This document shows positions 39,730-51,215 of a stretch of DNA of 64,000 nucleotides, one piece after another. Source of the DNA: Cyanobacteria bacterium P01_D01_bin.156. GTDB lineage: Bacteria > Cyanobacteriota > Cyanobacteriia > Phormidesmidales > Phormidesmidaceae. A program made the translations under genes and the position numbers. Numbering within the stretch: the stretch's first letter is position 1; each line of letters starts with the position of its first letter. Under the pieces are notes generated by a model. It was not told the origin of the DNA and searched no databases. It saw nothing but the letters and a program-made list of their open reading frames with translations. The stretch is taken from assembly GCA_039024555.1 (NCBI GenBank), contig JBCCQQ010000002.1, positions 1 to 64,000 of the forward strand. Reading direction: 5' to 3'.

Positions 39730-42700
39730 TCAGAAATCCTCACACATCAATCGATCTGTATCGCTAAGATCGCCGTATGCTAAATAATCTTGGAGCCACT
39801 GACAGCCTTGTTTCATCAGCTCTGCCAAATTGAGATTCCATAACCGAATGTGACCATCAGCTCCAGCAGAGGCTAAATATTCCCCAGTACTGTCGAATGA
39901 GGCCTGCCAGATAATGCCTCGATGCCCGGTGAAGGTGTGGAGCAACTCACCATTGGAGACTTGCCAAAAACGGATGGTGCCGTCATCGCTGGTGGAGGCA
40001 ACTACAGTGCCTCCCAGACCAAAGGAGACACTGCGTACCCAGTCGTGATGACCCCGTAGGGTGTGTACTAGCTCCCCGTTATGCCACAGACGGACGGTAT
40101 TATCGCTGCCAGCGGAGGCGATAGTTTTACTATTGGGAGAGACCGCCACGGCCCATACGCTACCGGTATGGCCTCGGAAAACGTGGTGCGTTTGGCTAGG
40201 AGATGCGGCGGTGATGCCCGTCCACTGGCGCAGGGTACCGTCTTCACTACCGGAAACCAAATAACGGCCATCGGGGCTAAAGGCAACGGACCAAATGGTA
40301 CCTTCATGACCCCGCAGTTGAGCTATGGGATGCCCGTCGGTGTTCCATAGGCGAAGGTTGCGATCGCTCCCTGCCGAAGCTAGATAAGTTCCGTCCGGGC
40401 TAAACTTGACCGACCAAACCGCATTTTGATGGTTTTCAAAGGTCTGTAACAGCTCACCATTGGGGGTCCAGAGCTTAACCGTATGGTCGGCACTAGCAGA
40501 GGCCAGCATCTGACCATCGGCCCGCCAATCCACACTGTAAACACTACTATTGTGACCCTGCACCGTCTTTCTCAAACTGTGCTGAGACGTCCAAAAGCGC
40601 AAGCTTTGATCGGCACCAACCGAAACCAATCCGGCCCCCTGGGGGTGCCAGCACACATCCCAAACAATCCCTTGGTGCCCTCTCAGTATCGGCGCTTTAG
40701 GGGCGTCTAGTTGCCAAAGGCGCACCGTATTGTCGTCGCTGGTGGAAACAACCTGAGTTCCCTGGGGATGGATGGCTACACTTAAAACGCTGCTGCGATG
40801 TCCCTTCAAGTCATCCAAAATCTGTCCCTGCAGATCCCACACATAGATATTGCGATCGTCGCTAGCAGAGATGATGCGTTTGCCATCAGGACTAAAACAT
40901 ACATCCCTGACCCAGTTTTGGTGTCCCTCAAAACACTGCAATAAGTCCCCGTCTAGGTTCCATTGTTTGATCAGGTGATCGTCCCCACCGGAAAGAATAT
41001 GTTGACCATCAGGGCTAAAGACGGCTTGCAGCACCCAGCCTGCATGGCTGCTCATAGTTTGGAGTAACTCTCCTGCCGTATTCCAAAGACAGAGGGTGCC
41101 ATCCTCAGCAGCGGAGACCAAATGCTCGCCATCGGCGCTAAACGCCACCGAACGGACCCAGTCTATGTGGCCTTTCAGAGTTTTTAGCCACTGGCCATCC
41201 TGGCTCCATAGTTGAATCGTGTGATCATTGCTGGCGGAAGCAAGCAGTCGCTGGATGGGACTAAACGCAATGCTATTGACTGAACTGCTGTGGCCGCTCA
41301 GGACATGCAAACATTCCCCCGACATCTGCCATAGCCGAATGGTGGCATCATCTCCGGCAGAACCCAGAAGCTGACTGTCGTGGCTAAAGGCCACATCTAG
41401 GACGCTGCCCTGGTGTCCGGTAAAGACCTGTAATAACTTCCCCTGAGTACTCCAGAGTCGTACAGTGCCATCATCACTGGCAGAGGCAAGATAGTGACCA
41501 TTGGGGCTAAATCGAGCCGAAAGCACCCAGTCCTGATGACCAGAAATACGAATTTTCTCACGCACACCGTGGACCGCTTGCCACAGACAAAACAACAGCT
41601 GATTTTGTAAATAGCTAGATACCGGCGTCAATCGGCTTTGCTGTGCGCCTTTGAGGGCCTCTAGTAAGGCCCCTAACCCGTCAGCCGACAACAGTAAAGC
41701 TTGAGACACTGACGCCAGGGCCTGCATCTCTGCAATTTCTGCGCGATGGCGATCTTCAGTGGCTTGGGCTAAGGCTAGGGCTTGTTCCTGTAGAGCGGTG
41801 CGCAGCTGGGTCTCAGTTTGTTTACGCCGCCGCCGCTCAGCTTGGAGGACAGTCATCAGACCCGGCATATCCTGTTGTTTCACTAAGTCGGCTAAGTAAT
41901 CATGGGCAAGCTGATATCGCACCCGCCCCCCCACTTCCGGACTTTCAAATAACAAACCGGATGCGGCTAAGATTTCTAATACCAGCGTAAGCCGGGCTGG
42001 GTCTACCAGAATGCCTAGGGACTCTAAGGATTCTTCTAATTCGGCTAGCGTCTTTAAAGGGCGGGTGGTGCTCTCATCGCTGAGTAGGTAGAGAGTTGTT
42101 CTTGCCAGGGTACTATTTTCAGGGCCACAGTCGCGGATCACCCGGTTTAGAAAGCTGCGCACTAGGGCTTGGATAGGGTCGTCTCCTAGTTTTTGATAGC
42201 TTCTCAGGGTGGTAATGTTCTCTCTCTGCAATTCGGCCCCGACCACCTGCAGTTGAATCGGTTTAACGTCTCCAGCATCGACGGTCAGATCGTCCACTAA
42301 GGCCGTAATCAGTTCTTCTTCTAGGTAAAACTGGGCGTTGTCTGTGAGCTGACGGATGACGGCTTCGCACTGGCGGCGATTAAAGTTACCAATGTAGTAG
42401 CGTGCATCCTTACTTAAAATGTCTAGATCTAAGCTAGCAATGCGCTCCCACTCTAGAAGGTAGTGTAAATAGTCATCCCTGAGGGCTAAGACGACCTTAA
42501 GGTAGGGAGTATTTAAACAGTTCCGTAAAAAATAGTAAAGAGACTGTCGTTGTTTAACGCTGGGACTTTCAAAGAAGAATTCTTCGAACTGGTCAAAGAC
42601 GAGAATAATCTGTTGGTAGTTGTCTTGGGCATGTTGGTTGAGATGGCTTAATAAATTCTCACCCATAATCGGAAAAGTGACTTGAAAGTTGGGTGGTGCT

Positions 42701-44526
42701 GAGGGCTGGGAGGCTGTGACTCGCTGTAAGGCTTGGAGAATGGAGACTTCCCAGCTCAGATAGTTACGTACCAGTAAAGGCAGAGTAGTGCGTCCTTCTG
42801 TCGTGGCTTCTGTGAGCGCGGGCACTAGCCCGCCTCGCAGCAGGGAGCTTTTGCCAACACCGGATTCTCCATGGAGAATCACTAGGGTGTGTTGGGGCTG
42901 CATCAGCCGAGCAACCAGATGATCAATATCCTGCTGTCTGCCAGAGGCCTGCATCTCAAAAGCAGAAATTTCGCTACGACCGGAGGATGACCGATAGGGC
43001 TGGATCGGGCTAGCGCCAATAAACGCACGCAAACCCATCAGGTTTTCAATATGACGCTGCTCCTGTTTGATGGTGAAGGCATCGAGATAACGTTGCTTGG
43101 CAAAATACAAATCCTGGAGGCTGCTAAGAATCTGACGATATAGGGCAAAGTTGTGGCGCGCTTCCACTCGCTGTCTGGCATTTTCTAAGTCTTGGAGGGC
43201 GTCTTGAAAGAGGGTTTCATCCCCCTGTAGCTGACGAGCCTGTCCCCGTAGAAAGTAATATTCTCCTTGGTGGTACCGAAGCGCAAAGACAACAGATTTG
43301 GCAGCAGGGCTGGTGCTTGCATGATCGGGATCGCTAAGGCTGGTGGCGTGGGCATTTTTGACAGTTTGGTTAATTAGCTCTAGGGCTCTGCTAGCCAGCT
43401 GTTCTGCTTTGTTCCATTGCTGTTGGTGGAGAGCGGCTTCTGCTAGGTAACCATAGTCTCGGGCTAAGCGAATCGGATCGGCTGCATGTAATACCAAACC
43501 CTCTTCAGCAACTTGGATAAGGGCTTCCCAAGCTTCTAGCTTTTGGATAACTTCGGCCAGCACATGAATAAATTTGGCCGTGAGGTCGAGCCGATCCTGC
43601 TGACGTAAAATGTCCAAAAAACGTTCATAAAACCGTCGAGCCTGGCGACAAGAAGCTATGTAGGTAGAGCGCTGCATCTGTGCGTGGGTTTGCCACCACA
43701 GTCCTAAATGCAGCAGTAATACCGCCTGCTGGTCGGTTGTATCTTCAACGGTGTTATTAACGGCTAGCCAATAGTCAAGGCTCTGTTCGTAGTAGTCCCG
43801 AGCTACTTTTAGCCGCTCGGGTGTGTGGGCTTCTCGACCCCTGAGAAAATTGAGACTGGCCTGGAGAGCACCATCTAGCTGAGCCGTATGGTGGCTGAGG
43901 TCTGCGATCGCAAATGGCAATTCCTGCTCAGTTAAAATTTTCAGATGGTGGCTTAGGCTCGGTAGCTGGGGCGCAAAATAGTCCAAAAAATCCGATGCGG
44001 GGCTATCTAAAATGTGAGTAAATAGCTCTGCAGCGGATCGATGTAGGGCTTCGATTAGAGCCTGAACCGGATAGTCCATTTGGATAGGCACTGCCGCAAA
44101 ACTCTTGAGATCGGCGGCATGGACCGTCATCGTTTGCAAAACGCTGTCGTTCATCCACAGCACCACCGGATAGGGGCACTTGGTGAGCATTGCATTGCGT
44201 CCCACGTTTGCCGCTTTGAACATTACCTCTAAAGCGTCAACCTGCTCAAAACCTGTGACCATAACGGCTTCAGAAGGCTGTGGCAACCCTTTCAAGCTGT
44301 GGTTAATCTGGTTAGATAGGGAGCGAGTACATGACGAAAGTTCTACTTGGTGGAAATCTTGCCCTGCGGCCAGGGTACCCAGTAGAAGCTGGGTTAAGCG
44401 TTGATAGTTGGCCCGCACCAAAATCAGCGAAAACTGCCCACGGCCCAAGGTGAGCGCCCGTTGTAAATTATTCAGTGCCGTTTGATTGTGGGCAACAATT
44501 TCGGGAAGATCGGCCTGGTACATCAA
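39730..44526 (-). CDS. TPR plus STAND-type NTPase plus WD40-repeat protein
   Basis: GESGVGKS Walker A, LVFDQFEE Walker B, YQLAHDYL, about 14 GH...W repeats. Confidence 0.9.
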   Translation of the reverse strand: MMYQADLPEIVAHNQTALNNLQRALTLGRGQFSLILVRANYQRLTQLLLGTLAAGQDFHQVELSSCTRSLSNQINHSLKGLPQPSEAVMVTGFEQVDALEVMFKAANVGRNAMLTKCPYPVVLWMNDSVLQTMTVHAADLKSFAAVPIQMDYPVQALIEALHRSAAELFTHILDSPASDFLDYFAPQLPSLSHHLKILTEQELPFAIADLSHHTAQLDGALQASLNFLRGREAHTPERLKVARDYYEQSLDYWLAVNNTVEDTTDQQAVLLLHLGLWWQTHAQMQRSTYIASCRQARRFYERFLDILRQQDRLDLTAKFIHVLAEVIQKLEAWEALIQVAEEGLVLHAADPIRLARDYGYLAEAALHQQQWNKAEQLASRALELINQTVKNAHATSLSDPDHASTSPAAKSVVFALRYHQGEYYFLRGQARQLQGDETLFQDALQDLENARQRVEARHNFALYRQILSSLQDLYFAKQRYLDAFTIKQEQRHIENLMGLRAFIGASPIQPYRSSSGRSEISAFEMQASGRQQDIDHLVARLMQPQHTLVILHGESGVGKSSLLRGGLVPALTEATTEGRTTLPLLVRNYLSWEVSILQALQRVTASQPSAPPNFQVTFPIMGENLLSHLNQHAQDNYQQIILVFDQFEEFFFESPSVKQRQSLYYFLRNCLNTPYLKVVLALRDDYLHYLLEWERIASLDLDILSKDARYYIGNFNRRQCEAVIRQLTDNAQFYLEEELITALVDDLTVDAGDVKPIQLQVVGAELQRENITTLRSYQKLGDDPIQALVRSFLNRVIRDCGPENSTLARTTLYLLSDESTTRPLKTLAELEESLESLGILVDPARLTLVLEILAASGLLFESPEVGGRVRYQLAHDYLADLVKQQDMPGLMTVLQAERRRRKQTETQLRTALQEQALALAQATEDRHRAEIAEMQALASVSQALLLSADGLGALLEALKGAQQSRLTPVSSYLQNQLLFCLWQAVHGVREKIRISGHQDWVLSARFSPNGHYLASASDDGTVRLWSTQGKLLQVFTGHQGSVLDVAFSHDSQLLGSAGDDATIRLWQMSGECLHVLSGHSSSVNSIAFSPIQRLLASASNDHTIQLWSQDGQWLKTLKGHIDWVRSVAFSADGEHLVSAAEDGTLCLWNTAGELLQTMSSHAGWVLQAVFSPDGQHILSGGDDHLIKQWNLDGDLLQCFEGHQNWVRDVCFSPDGKRIISASDDRNIYVWDLQGQILDDLKGHRSSVLSVAIHPQGTQVVSTSDDNTVRLWQLDAPKAPILRGHQGIVWDVCWHPQGAGLVSVGADQSLRFWTSQHSLRKTVQGHNSSVYSVDWRADGQMLASASADHTVKLWTPNGELLQTFENHQNAVWSVKFSPDGTYLASAGSDRNLRLWNTDGHPIAQLRGHEGTIWSVAFSPDGRYLVSGSEDGTLRQWTGITAASPSQTHHVFRGHTGSVWAVAVSPNSKTIASAGSDNTVRLWHNGELVHTLRGHHDWVRSVSFGLGGTVVASTSDDGTIRFWQVSNGELLHTFTGHRGIIWQASFDSTGEYLASAGADGHIRLWNLNLAELMKQGCQWLQDYLAYGDLSDTDRLMCEDF

Positions 44527-44546
44527 AGGATCAGCAACGCTAATAA

Positions 44547-45872
44547 TTAATTATGAGCTGCCAACCAACTTTTATACCGTTTTGTTTCTTTTAACACCGG
44601 GTTAAAATCAAACCAACGACCGCCGTTATCACGATACTCATAGAGAAATAGACTCCGCAGTAGCAGGCTGTAGGCTTCATTCCCTTGAGTGTCTGGGGTG
44701 CTGATGGCCTTAAACATCAGCTGCCATTCGCTTTCATCAATCAATGCCATTAGAGAATCTCGCTCATCGCGGATCACGGCTTCTAAAATGTTGGACTGAA
44801 TGGGTGGATCTCCCTTTTGCAAGCAGCCGTACAGCAATCGCATGAGATTACGCATGTGGCCCCCGCTCAAATGGCAGAGACGCTCTAAAACGGTACTATT
44901 CTCAAAAATGTTGTCAATATGATCGATACGTTCGTTGTAATTTTTGTTGGGAAATGCTCGGGCAAGAACCATCTGTTGTAGCAACGCTAATCCGGGTTCT
45001 GATGTACTTCCACTGCGCTGCATGACTGGGACCATAGGGAGTACCTTTGGCGAAACCCCAAAGCGGTTGGAGAGTCTTGGTAAATCGTCTGAGAATACCA
45101 ATGCTAACGGAATTGTGTACACCACATGGCAGTTTAGTCGTTTCAGCTGTTCTCCTCGATCGATAAATAAATATTCAGACTGGGTGCGGCCATTGGCGCG
45201 TTCCACCGGGTCGATACGGTCCAGGTTATCAACAATCACCACCAGGCCTTTTTTGCCTTGGGAGCGGAGGTTTGCGATCGCAGTTTCCAATAGCTCTTCA
45301 TTGATGGCATCGATAATATTTTTAGTACGGGGTTCCAAATACTGCCGCATGCGGCTGCGCATTTCTGGACTTTCCTTAGCCCGTGCCGTAATTGCCGCAA
45401 TACCCACGGAAAAGCTAACATCAGCAATTTCCATGGGAGTTTGTAACGTCTCCGCTAAATTCCGAAACAGGCTCACGAGTGCCGACGGCTTTAGATTAAT
45501 ATTCTCACTTTCTAAACTTTCCACCACCTGATGAGCAATCATTAGCAGAATATCGCTAATGTCCACATCAGCCATTTCTAAATCTCGGTCCGACTCGAAA
45601 TACACCACATGCAAACCCTGTTGCTCTAACTTGGCCTTTAGCCGCAGTAGTTCTGTGGATTTACCGCAGCCAATATTGCCAGTAAACAACTGAGTTGTTG
45701 CTTCATCTGGCGATAGCAATGTAATAGTACGTTCCAGTTCTCGTACAATATCTCCACCACGCACTGACGAAAAGTCAATGTAATACTGTCGATCTTCATC
45801 TTGTATCAAGCGTAGTGGCCGACTTGGGTTCGCGGCCCGATAGAAGCGGGGTAGGTCTAACACCATCGGCAT
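44547..45872 (-). CDS. P-loop ATPase (AAA/KAP-like), operonic with the WD40 protein
   Basis: FTGNIGCGKST, VIVDNLDR, SGGHMRNL. Confidence 0.9.
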   Translation of the reverse strand: MPMVLDLPRFYRAANPSRPLRLIQDEDRQYYIDFSSVRGGDIVRELERTITLLSPDEATTQLFTGNIGCGKSTELLRLKAKLEQQGLHVVYFESDRDLEMADVDISDILLMIAHQVVESLESENINLKPSALVSLFRNLAETLQTPMEIADVSFSVGIAAITARAKESPEMRSRMRQYLEPRTKNIIDAINEELLETAIANLRSQGKKGLVVIVDNLDRIDPVERANGRTQSEYLFIDRGEQLKRLNCHVVYTIPLALVFSDDLPRLSNRFGVSPKVLPMVPVMQRSGSTSEPGLALLQQMVLARAFPNKNYNERIDHIDNIFENSTVLERLCHLSGGHMRNLMRLLYGCLQKGDPPIQSNILEAVIRDERDSLMALIDESEWQLMFKAISTPDTQGNEAYSLLLRSLFLYEYRDNGGRWFDFNPVLKETKRYKSWLAAHN

Positions 45873-46129
45873 ACAGCATTACAGCATCCGTAATCCTAGA
45901 CGATTTCCCAAAAATAGACCAAGAATTTTAGCGTTGTTAGCTAGTAACGGCACTCCAACTTCAAACTAACTCGTCATGTCAGCTTGAATGTAAGGATTGT
46001 ATTGATATGGCTGTCTATCCCCTCCTTAGAGGGTAATTTAGCCTAATACGTCTAAATTAGCTAAGTTTGATTTAGGCCACAATTGGGCATTTTGAGAACG
46101 AATTATAAAAAGGGTATGGTGATGAATAA

Positions 46130-48211
46130 TTGCAGAGACGAACAATGGCATTTGTAGAACGTCTCAGAAAAAAAGCAGTTTGTTATCTGCCCATCCTGCT
46201 ACTTGCCTTTGGAACCAGGCCGCTAGTAGCTAAGTCCTTAGTTCACACTACTGACAACATTTTAGTTATCCATTCCTATAACTCGGAACTATCTTGGACA
46301 CAGCAAGAGAAAAAGGGCATCGAAGAGGGATTTCAAGACAGCCAGCATGCGGTCACGGTTTATCACGAATTCCTAGATGCCAAGCGTTATCCTGAGCTAG
46401 AGCATCGGGATGCGTTTTTAAGCTATCTCCAGAAAAAGTACCAGGATGTGGATCTGCGACTGCTGATGGTAGCGGACGATCCTGGTCTAAATATGATTCT
46501 GGTGACGCGCGAACAGTATTTCCCAGATTTACCCGTTGTATTTATGGGAATTAATCATGTTCAAGATGAGTTGTTAAAAATTCCTTGGCTAACCGGAGTA
46601 TTTGAAACCCACAGCTACAGAGAGACAATATTAGAGGCCCAGCGCCAAACCCAGGCAGACAACGTTATTGTTCTGCTCGATTCCACAGAGACAGGCAAGG
46701 CCAATCTTGAGCGTCTCAAACAGATTCAATCAAGTGATCAGACATTGCCCGAAATTACGGTGGTTCAGGACGTTACACCAGCTACCATTGCTCAAATACT
46801 GGGCAGCTATCCAAGTCATTGGCCTATATTTTTGCGGGGGCAGTTACGCTCGGATGATGCAAATGCAGCACTGTTGCCCTTTGAACAAACAACTCAGTTG
46901 TTGCGCTCTCACTTAAAAAACCCCATCTACACCGTCAGTAGTCAAGATTTAGGCCATGGTGTTGTCGGAGGGAAAGTCATTGAAGGTAGCTACCACGCTA
47001 AACAAGCGGTTCAGCTAGTTGAAGAGATTTTAGATGGCACCCCCATTCACCAAGTATCCCCGATCATCCATGGCACCAACCAATGGTTTTTTGATGCCCA
47101 AGAGTTGAGACGGTTTAACATTCAGAAAACAGCATTGCCGCCTGCGAGTATTCTGATCAATCAAAAAACATCATTCTATGAGCAATATCGTGAGCTGACA
47201 TGGTATCTCACGTCTGTTTTTCTGTTGGGGATGCTCACTATTTTAATTCTAATAGAAGCGATTCGACGTCAAAAGCAGGCCGAACAGACTTTAGAGCATC
47301 GAGTAACTGAACGCACAAACGAACTTAGCAACACCCTAGAAGAGCTAAAACAAGCTCAGGCACAGCTGATTCAGACCGAAAAGCTATCTAGCCTGGGGCA
47401 ATTAGTGGGTGGCGTTGCCCATGAGTTTAATAATCCCCTCACGTTTATTGCTGGAAACATCGAGATTTTAAAGGGATATGGAAAGAACCTTTTAGACCTA
47501 ATCTCTGTGTACCAAAAACAGATGCCAGCATTCAATGCAGCAGCCCACAATGCCCAGGATGTAGATGACATAGATTTAGACTATATCCAGGAAGATATGC
47601 CTAAAATATTCCAATCTATTGCTCGGGGGACGCAACGTATTGAAGCGATTGTGAAAAGCCTACAGTCGTTTGCCTGTGTGGATGAGCAAGGCATTAAACC
47701 AACTGATCTCAACAAAAGTCTCGATAACACGCTACTCATCCTAAAAGCTCGTATAGGAGAAGAGATTGATATCGTTAAAGAATATGGAGAGTTACCTAAA
47801 ATCCCTTGTGATCCAGGTGCTATCAATCAGGTATTTATGCAAATCATGCTCAATGCCATAGACGCTGTTAATACCCTTGAGAAAGATGAATTAAAGCAAA
47901 TTTCAATTCATAGCTATGTTCAGAACGATGATTGGATAACAATCATCATTCAAGATACTGGGTCAGGAATTGCTCCTGAAATACAGGATAAAATCTTTGA
48001 TCCATTTTTTACCACCAAACCTGTTGGCGCTGGAACCGGCTTGGGTCTATCCGTTGCCTATCAGTATATTCAGCAACATAATGGTCGGTTTAGCTTTTGC
48101 CCTAATCAGCCCCAGGGAAGCATATTCACACTCCAACTGCCGTTTAAGACATCAATCGCTAGTCTCCAACGGCAACAGAGTGTCCAGATAGGCAAAACTG
48201 AGAATCGTTAA
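46130..48211 (+). CDS. Sensor histidine kinase with a substrate-binding-protein-like sensor domain
   Basis: [51 protein letters not shown]. Confidence 0.9.
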   Translation: MQRRTMAFVERLRKKAVCYLPILLLAFGTRPLVAKSLVHTTDNILVIHSYNSELSWTQQEKKGIEEGFQDSQHAVTVYHEFLDAKRYPELEHRDAFLSYLQKKYQDVDLRLLMVADDPGLNMILVTREQYFPDLPVVFMGINHVQDELLKIPWLTGVFETHSYRETILEAQRQTQADNVIVLLDSTETGKANLERLKQIQSSDQTLPEITVVQDVTPATIAQILGSYPSHWPIFLRGQLRSDDANAALLPFEQTTQLLRSHLKNPIYTVSSQDLGHGVVGGKVIEGSYHAKQAVQLVEEILDGTPIHQVSPIIHGTNQWFFDAQELRRFNIQKTALPPASILINQKTSFYEQYRELTWYLTSVFLLGMLTILILIEAIRRQKQAEQTLEHRVTERTNELSNTLEELKQAQAQLIQTEKLSSLGQLVGGVAHEFNNPLTFIAGNIEILKGYGKNLLDLISVYQKQMPAFNAAAHNAQDVDDIDLDYIQEDMPKIFQSIARGTQRIEAIVKSLQSFACVDEQGIKPTDLNKSLDNTLLILKARIGEEIDIVKEYGELPKIPCDPGAINQVFMQIMLNAIDAVNTLEKDELKQISIHSYVQNDDWITIIIQDTGSGIAPEIQDKIFDPFFTTKPVGAGTGLGLSVAYQYIQQHNGRFSFCPNQPQGSIFTLQLPFKTSIASLQRQQSVQIGKTENR

Positions 48212-48478
48212 AGACTGTCACAGCAATATTGAGTTTTGATGGCAAAGGTGAAAAACCTTGACGGTGGTGTCGCTTTTTTAGAATGCCTACCTAATACTAG
48301 TTGGCTCGTGTTCCCTATAAAAGCAAGCGTAAAATAAATGACATTAATGCAGGATAAAAAGGCTGGTGAGCAGACTTATCCAGAAAATGTAAACTATGCT
48401 CTCTATGAATTGATTTGGGCCTTGGGTCTGGTGGCTATTTGCATTAGTACAGCTATGGTTCTGATTACAAACTACTAA

Positions 48479-48787
48479 ATGCTAGAAGTGGCTATTCTCG
48501 ATGTCAAGCCCGATGACACAGACGCATTTGAGGCCGCGTTTCAGCAGGCTCAGTCAATTATCAGCTCCATGGCTGGCTACCGTGGTCATCAGCTCCAAAA
48601 ATGCCTAGAAAAAGACAATCGCTATGTGTTGTTAGTGAGTTGGCAGACTCTGGAAGATCATACTCAAGGCTTTCGCGGTTCAGAAGAGTACCAGCAATGG
48701 AAGGCGTTGTTGCATCATTTTTACGATCCGTTTCCTGTTGTCGAGCATTACCAGCTAGTGGCAGGCAACAACCTATTAGAAAGCTGA
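48479..48787 (+). CDS. Antibiotic biosynthesis monooxygenase (ABM) family protein
   Basis: W.TLEDH..GFRGS.EYQ.WK.LLHHFYDP. Confidence 0.9.
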   Translation: MLEVAILDVKPDDTDAFEAAFQQAQSIISSMAGYRGHQLQKCLEKDNRYVLLVSWQTLEDHTQGFRGSEEYQQWKALLHHFYDPFPVVEHYQLVAGNNLLES

Positions 48788-48809
48788 GTCTCCGTAACAG
48801 AGACTCAGC
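48783..48809. terminator. Hairpin after the ABM gene
   Basis: GCTGAGTCTC...GAGACTCAGC. Confidence 0.55.
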
Positions 48810-48856
48810 CTATCGTAAATAGACAACAACACCCCCCATTCACGAGAGATTCCCTT

Positions 48857-48987
48857 GTAGGGGCAGGTCTCGTGCCTGCCCTGGGACATCATTTGGCCCC
48901 AAACCGCATGGCGTTTATCCAAAGATTAGATAGCCCTCGGTCTGTAGCCATAACGGTTGCAGGGCATCCAGGAGGGAGTGCCCCTAC
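48857..48987. repeat. Inverted pair of GTAG-type REP elements (REPIN-like)
   Basis: GTAGGGGCAGGTCTCGTGCCTGCCC ... GGGCATCCAGGAGGGAGTGCCCCTAC. Confidence 0.7.
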
Positions 48988-49009
48988 AGGGTGTTGATTT
49001 GGCAACAAT

Positions 49010-50170
49010 CTAAATCTCGGCCATCACCTTGCCCATGGCCGTCAACACACGGTCCACATTCTCAGGACGGCTGTTATACCCCATCAGACCAATGCGCCAT
49101 ACCTTGCCGCCTAGCTCGCCTAGACCATTGCCAATCTCGATATTGTGATCAGCCAACATTTTACTCGTGACCGCCTTCGCATTTACCCCGTCAGGTACCC
49201 TAACAGTTGTTAACGTCGGCAAACGATACTCCTTGGGTACATGGCAGCTCAGGCCTAGGTCAGCCAAGCCATCCCAAAGCTTCTCCGCTGTCTTCTGATG
49301 ACGTTCCCAAGAATTTTCCAGACCTTCTTCAATCACCAGCCGCAGTGCTTCGCGAATAGCGTAGGTCATATTCACAGGAGCCGTATGGTGGTAAGTGCGT
49401 CCCTTACCCCAGTAGTTGCGCAATAGGGAAATATCTAAATACCAGTTCGCTACCTTGGATTGACGCTTATCTAGCTTTTGGAGAGCCCGCTCACTCATAG
49501 TGAATGGAGAACTACCGGGAGGGCAGCTAAGACCTTTTTGACTGCAGCTATAGGCCATGTCCACACCCCATTCATCTAGAAAAATGGGGACTCCGCCCAT
49601 GCTGGTAACCGTATCAATCAGCAGCAGACAGTCAAACTCACGGCACAGATCGCCCACACCTTCGAGGGGCTGACGCGCACCGGTAGAGGTTTCAGCATGG
49701 ACCAGCCCCAGAATAGCAGGACGATGTTCTTCCAGAGCCGCCCGTAGTTCTGATAGGCTAAAAACCTCGCCCCAAGGCTTACTAATGCTGCGGACATCGG
49801 CCCGGTATCGTCCAGCCATGTCCACTAGACGATTGCCGAAGTAGCCATTAATCCCAACTAAAACCACATCCCCAGGTTCTACAGCATTGGCCAGAGTTGC
49901 TTCCATGGCAGCGGACCCAGTACCGCTGATGGGTAAAGTCATTGGATTTTCGGTTTGCCAGACGTAGCGCATCATGGACTGCACTTCATCCATTAGATCC
50001 AAATATGCTGGGTCCAAATGGCCAATGGGCTGACGATTCATGGCAGCAACCACATCAGGGTTAGAGTTGGAAGGGCCAGGACCTAGAAGAAGCCGCTCTG
50101 GAATGTTTAGGGCTGTGGGGGTAATGCGAAATTTATCGTTGATTTTGGGTCGGGATAAAGTCAGGCTCAT
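49010..50170 (-). CDS. Alanine-glyoxylate/serine-pyruvate aminotransferase (class V)
   Basis: LLGPGPS, VHAETSTG, SCSQKGL, YHHTAP. Confidence 0.95.
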   Translation of the reverse strand: MSLTLSRPKINDKFRITPTALNIPERLLLGPGPSNSNPDVVAAMNRQPIGHLDPAYLDLMDEVQSMMRYVWQTENPMTLPISGTGSAAMEATLANAVEPGDVVLVGINGYFGNRLVDMAGRYRADVRSISKPWGEVFSLSELRAALEEHRPAILGLVHAETSTGARQPLEGVGDLCREFDCLLLIDTVTSMGGVPIFLDEWGVDMAYSCSQKGLSCPPGSSPFTMSERALQKLDKRQSKVANWYLDISLLRNYWGKGRTYHHTAPVNMTYAIREALRLVIEEGLENSWERHQKTAEKLWDGLADLGLSCHVPKEYRLPTLTTVRVPDGVNAKAVTSKMLADHNIEIGNGLGELGGKVWRIGLMGYNSRPENVDRVLTAMGKVMAEI

Positions 50171-50360
50171 GGCGGTATTTAACGGATTTAGAGAGCTAAC
50201 AAAACGGTAGCTAATGTGACAAAATGTCTTCCCATTGTCCGACGGAATGGACCATTCGTTAAATATTGGTTATCTGACCAGCCAACTAATGTGGAACTAA
50301 AGGTATTGGATTAAAGTGAGGGCGGGTAATTGTCCCGATGGTTTGAACGTATGAAGGTTT

Positions 50361-51065
50361 GTGAGTGTGGTGCAGTTAGACGACTTGAAACAGCGGTGGC
50401 AGCTAGAGCCGATGGCGGAGTATGTCTGCGATCTCAACCTAAACCTCTACAAAACCCCTACGGACTCTAGTTTGGTTACCCAAGCTGCCGCTGGCCTGCC
50501 GCTAAAAATTGCTGACATCACCTCGGACGGTATTTCCGTTATCCTTTGCACCGATAGTTATCCCGGCTGGCTGAGGGTAGACGATATTGATGCGCTCTCC
50601 ACAGCAGCGGCACCGTATCAGGCCCCTATGGTCACCCGTGCCCATATCGAAAAAGTTATTCCCGATGCGATCGCCTTTACCCAGGCGGCCATGGCCACCC
50701 CAAATCAGTACCTGTGGGGAGGCACCGTTGCCCCTGACTATGATTGTTCGGGGCTAATGCAGGCGGCTTTTGCCTCAGTGGGGGTGCCTCTGCCCCGTGA
50801 CTCCTATCAACAAGAGGCATTTACCACCACCCTAGATAAGACAGCTCTACGCCCTGGCGATCTGATCTTTTTTGGTACGCCAGAACGAACAACCCATGTT
50901 GCCCTGCACCTGGAGAATGGTCGCTATATTCACAGCTCGGGGAAAGACCAAGGGCGCAACGGTATTGGGATTGATTCTATTGATGATCTAACCGACCCCG
51001 TCAGCGCTGCCTATGCTGCCCAGTATCGATGCTGTGGTCGCATTATGGCAGGCTACAGCCCTTAG
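50361..51065 (+). CDS. NlpC/P60 (C40) peptidase
   Basis: YLWGG...DCSG, GDLIFF, THVA, YIHSSG. Confidence 0.92.
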   Translation: MSVVQLDDLKQRWQLEPMAEYVCDLNLNLYKTPTDSSLVTQAAAGLPLKIADITSDGISVILCTDSYPGWLRVDDIDALSTAAAPYQAPMVTRAHIEKVIPDAIAFTQAAMATPNQYLWGGTVAPDYDCSGLMQAAFASVGVPLPRDSYQQEAFTTTLDKTALRPGDLIFFGTPERTTHVALHLENGRYIHSSGKDQGRNGIGIDSIDDLTDPVSAAYAAQYRCCGRIMAGYSP

Positions 51066-51215
51066 CATCCTCTCCAATGCATACCCCCCTGTTACACTGC
51101 TATAGCAAACTGTGGAATACCCGTAGTTTTGTTGCCCATCACTGTTGAACTTGATATTTTAATCAAGCGCTGATGGGCGTAAACGCTGTACTCTATGTGC
51201 TGGTTTTCTCCTTCC

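Noticed and set aside
39800..41550. ~123-bp periodicity
   Set aside because: Explained by WD40 repeats
44944..45531. 195-aa antisense ORF, and similar antisense ORFs within RND, nhaS3, malic enzyme and ABC genes
   Set aside because: Opposite-strand shadows of well-supported genes
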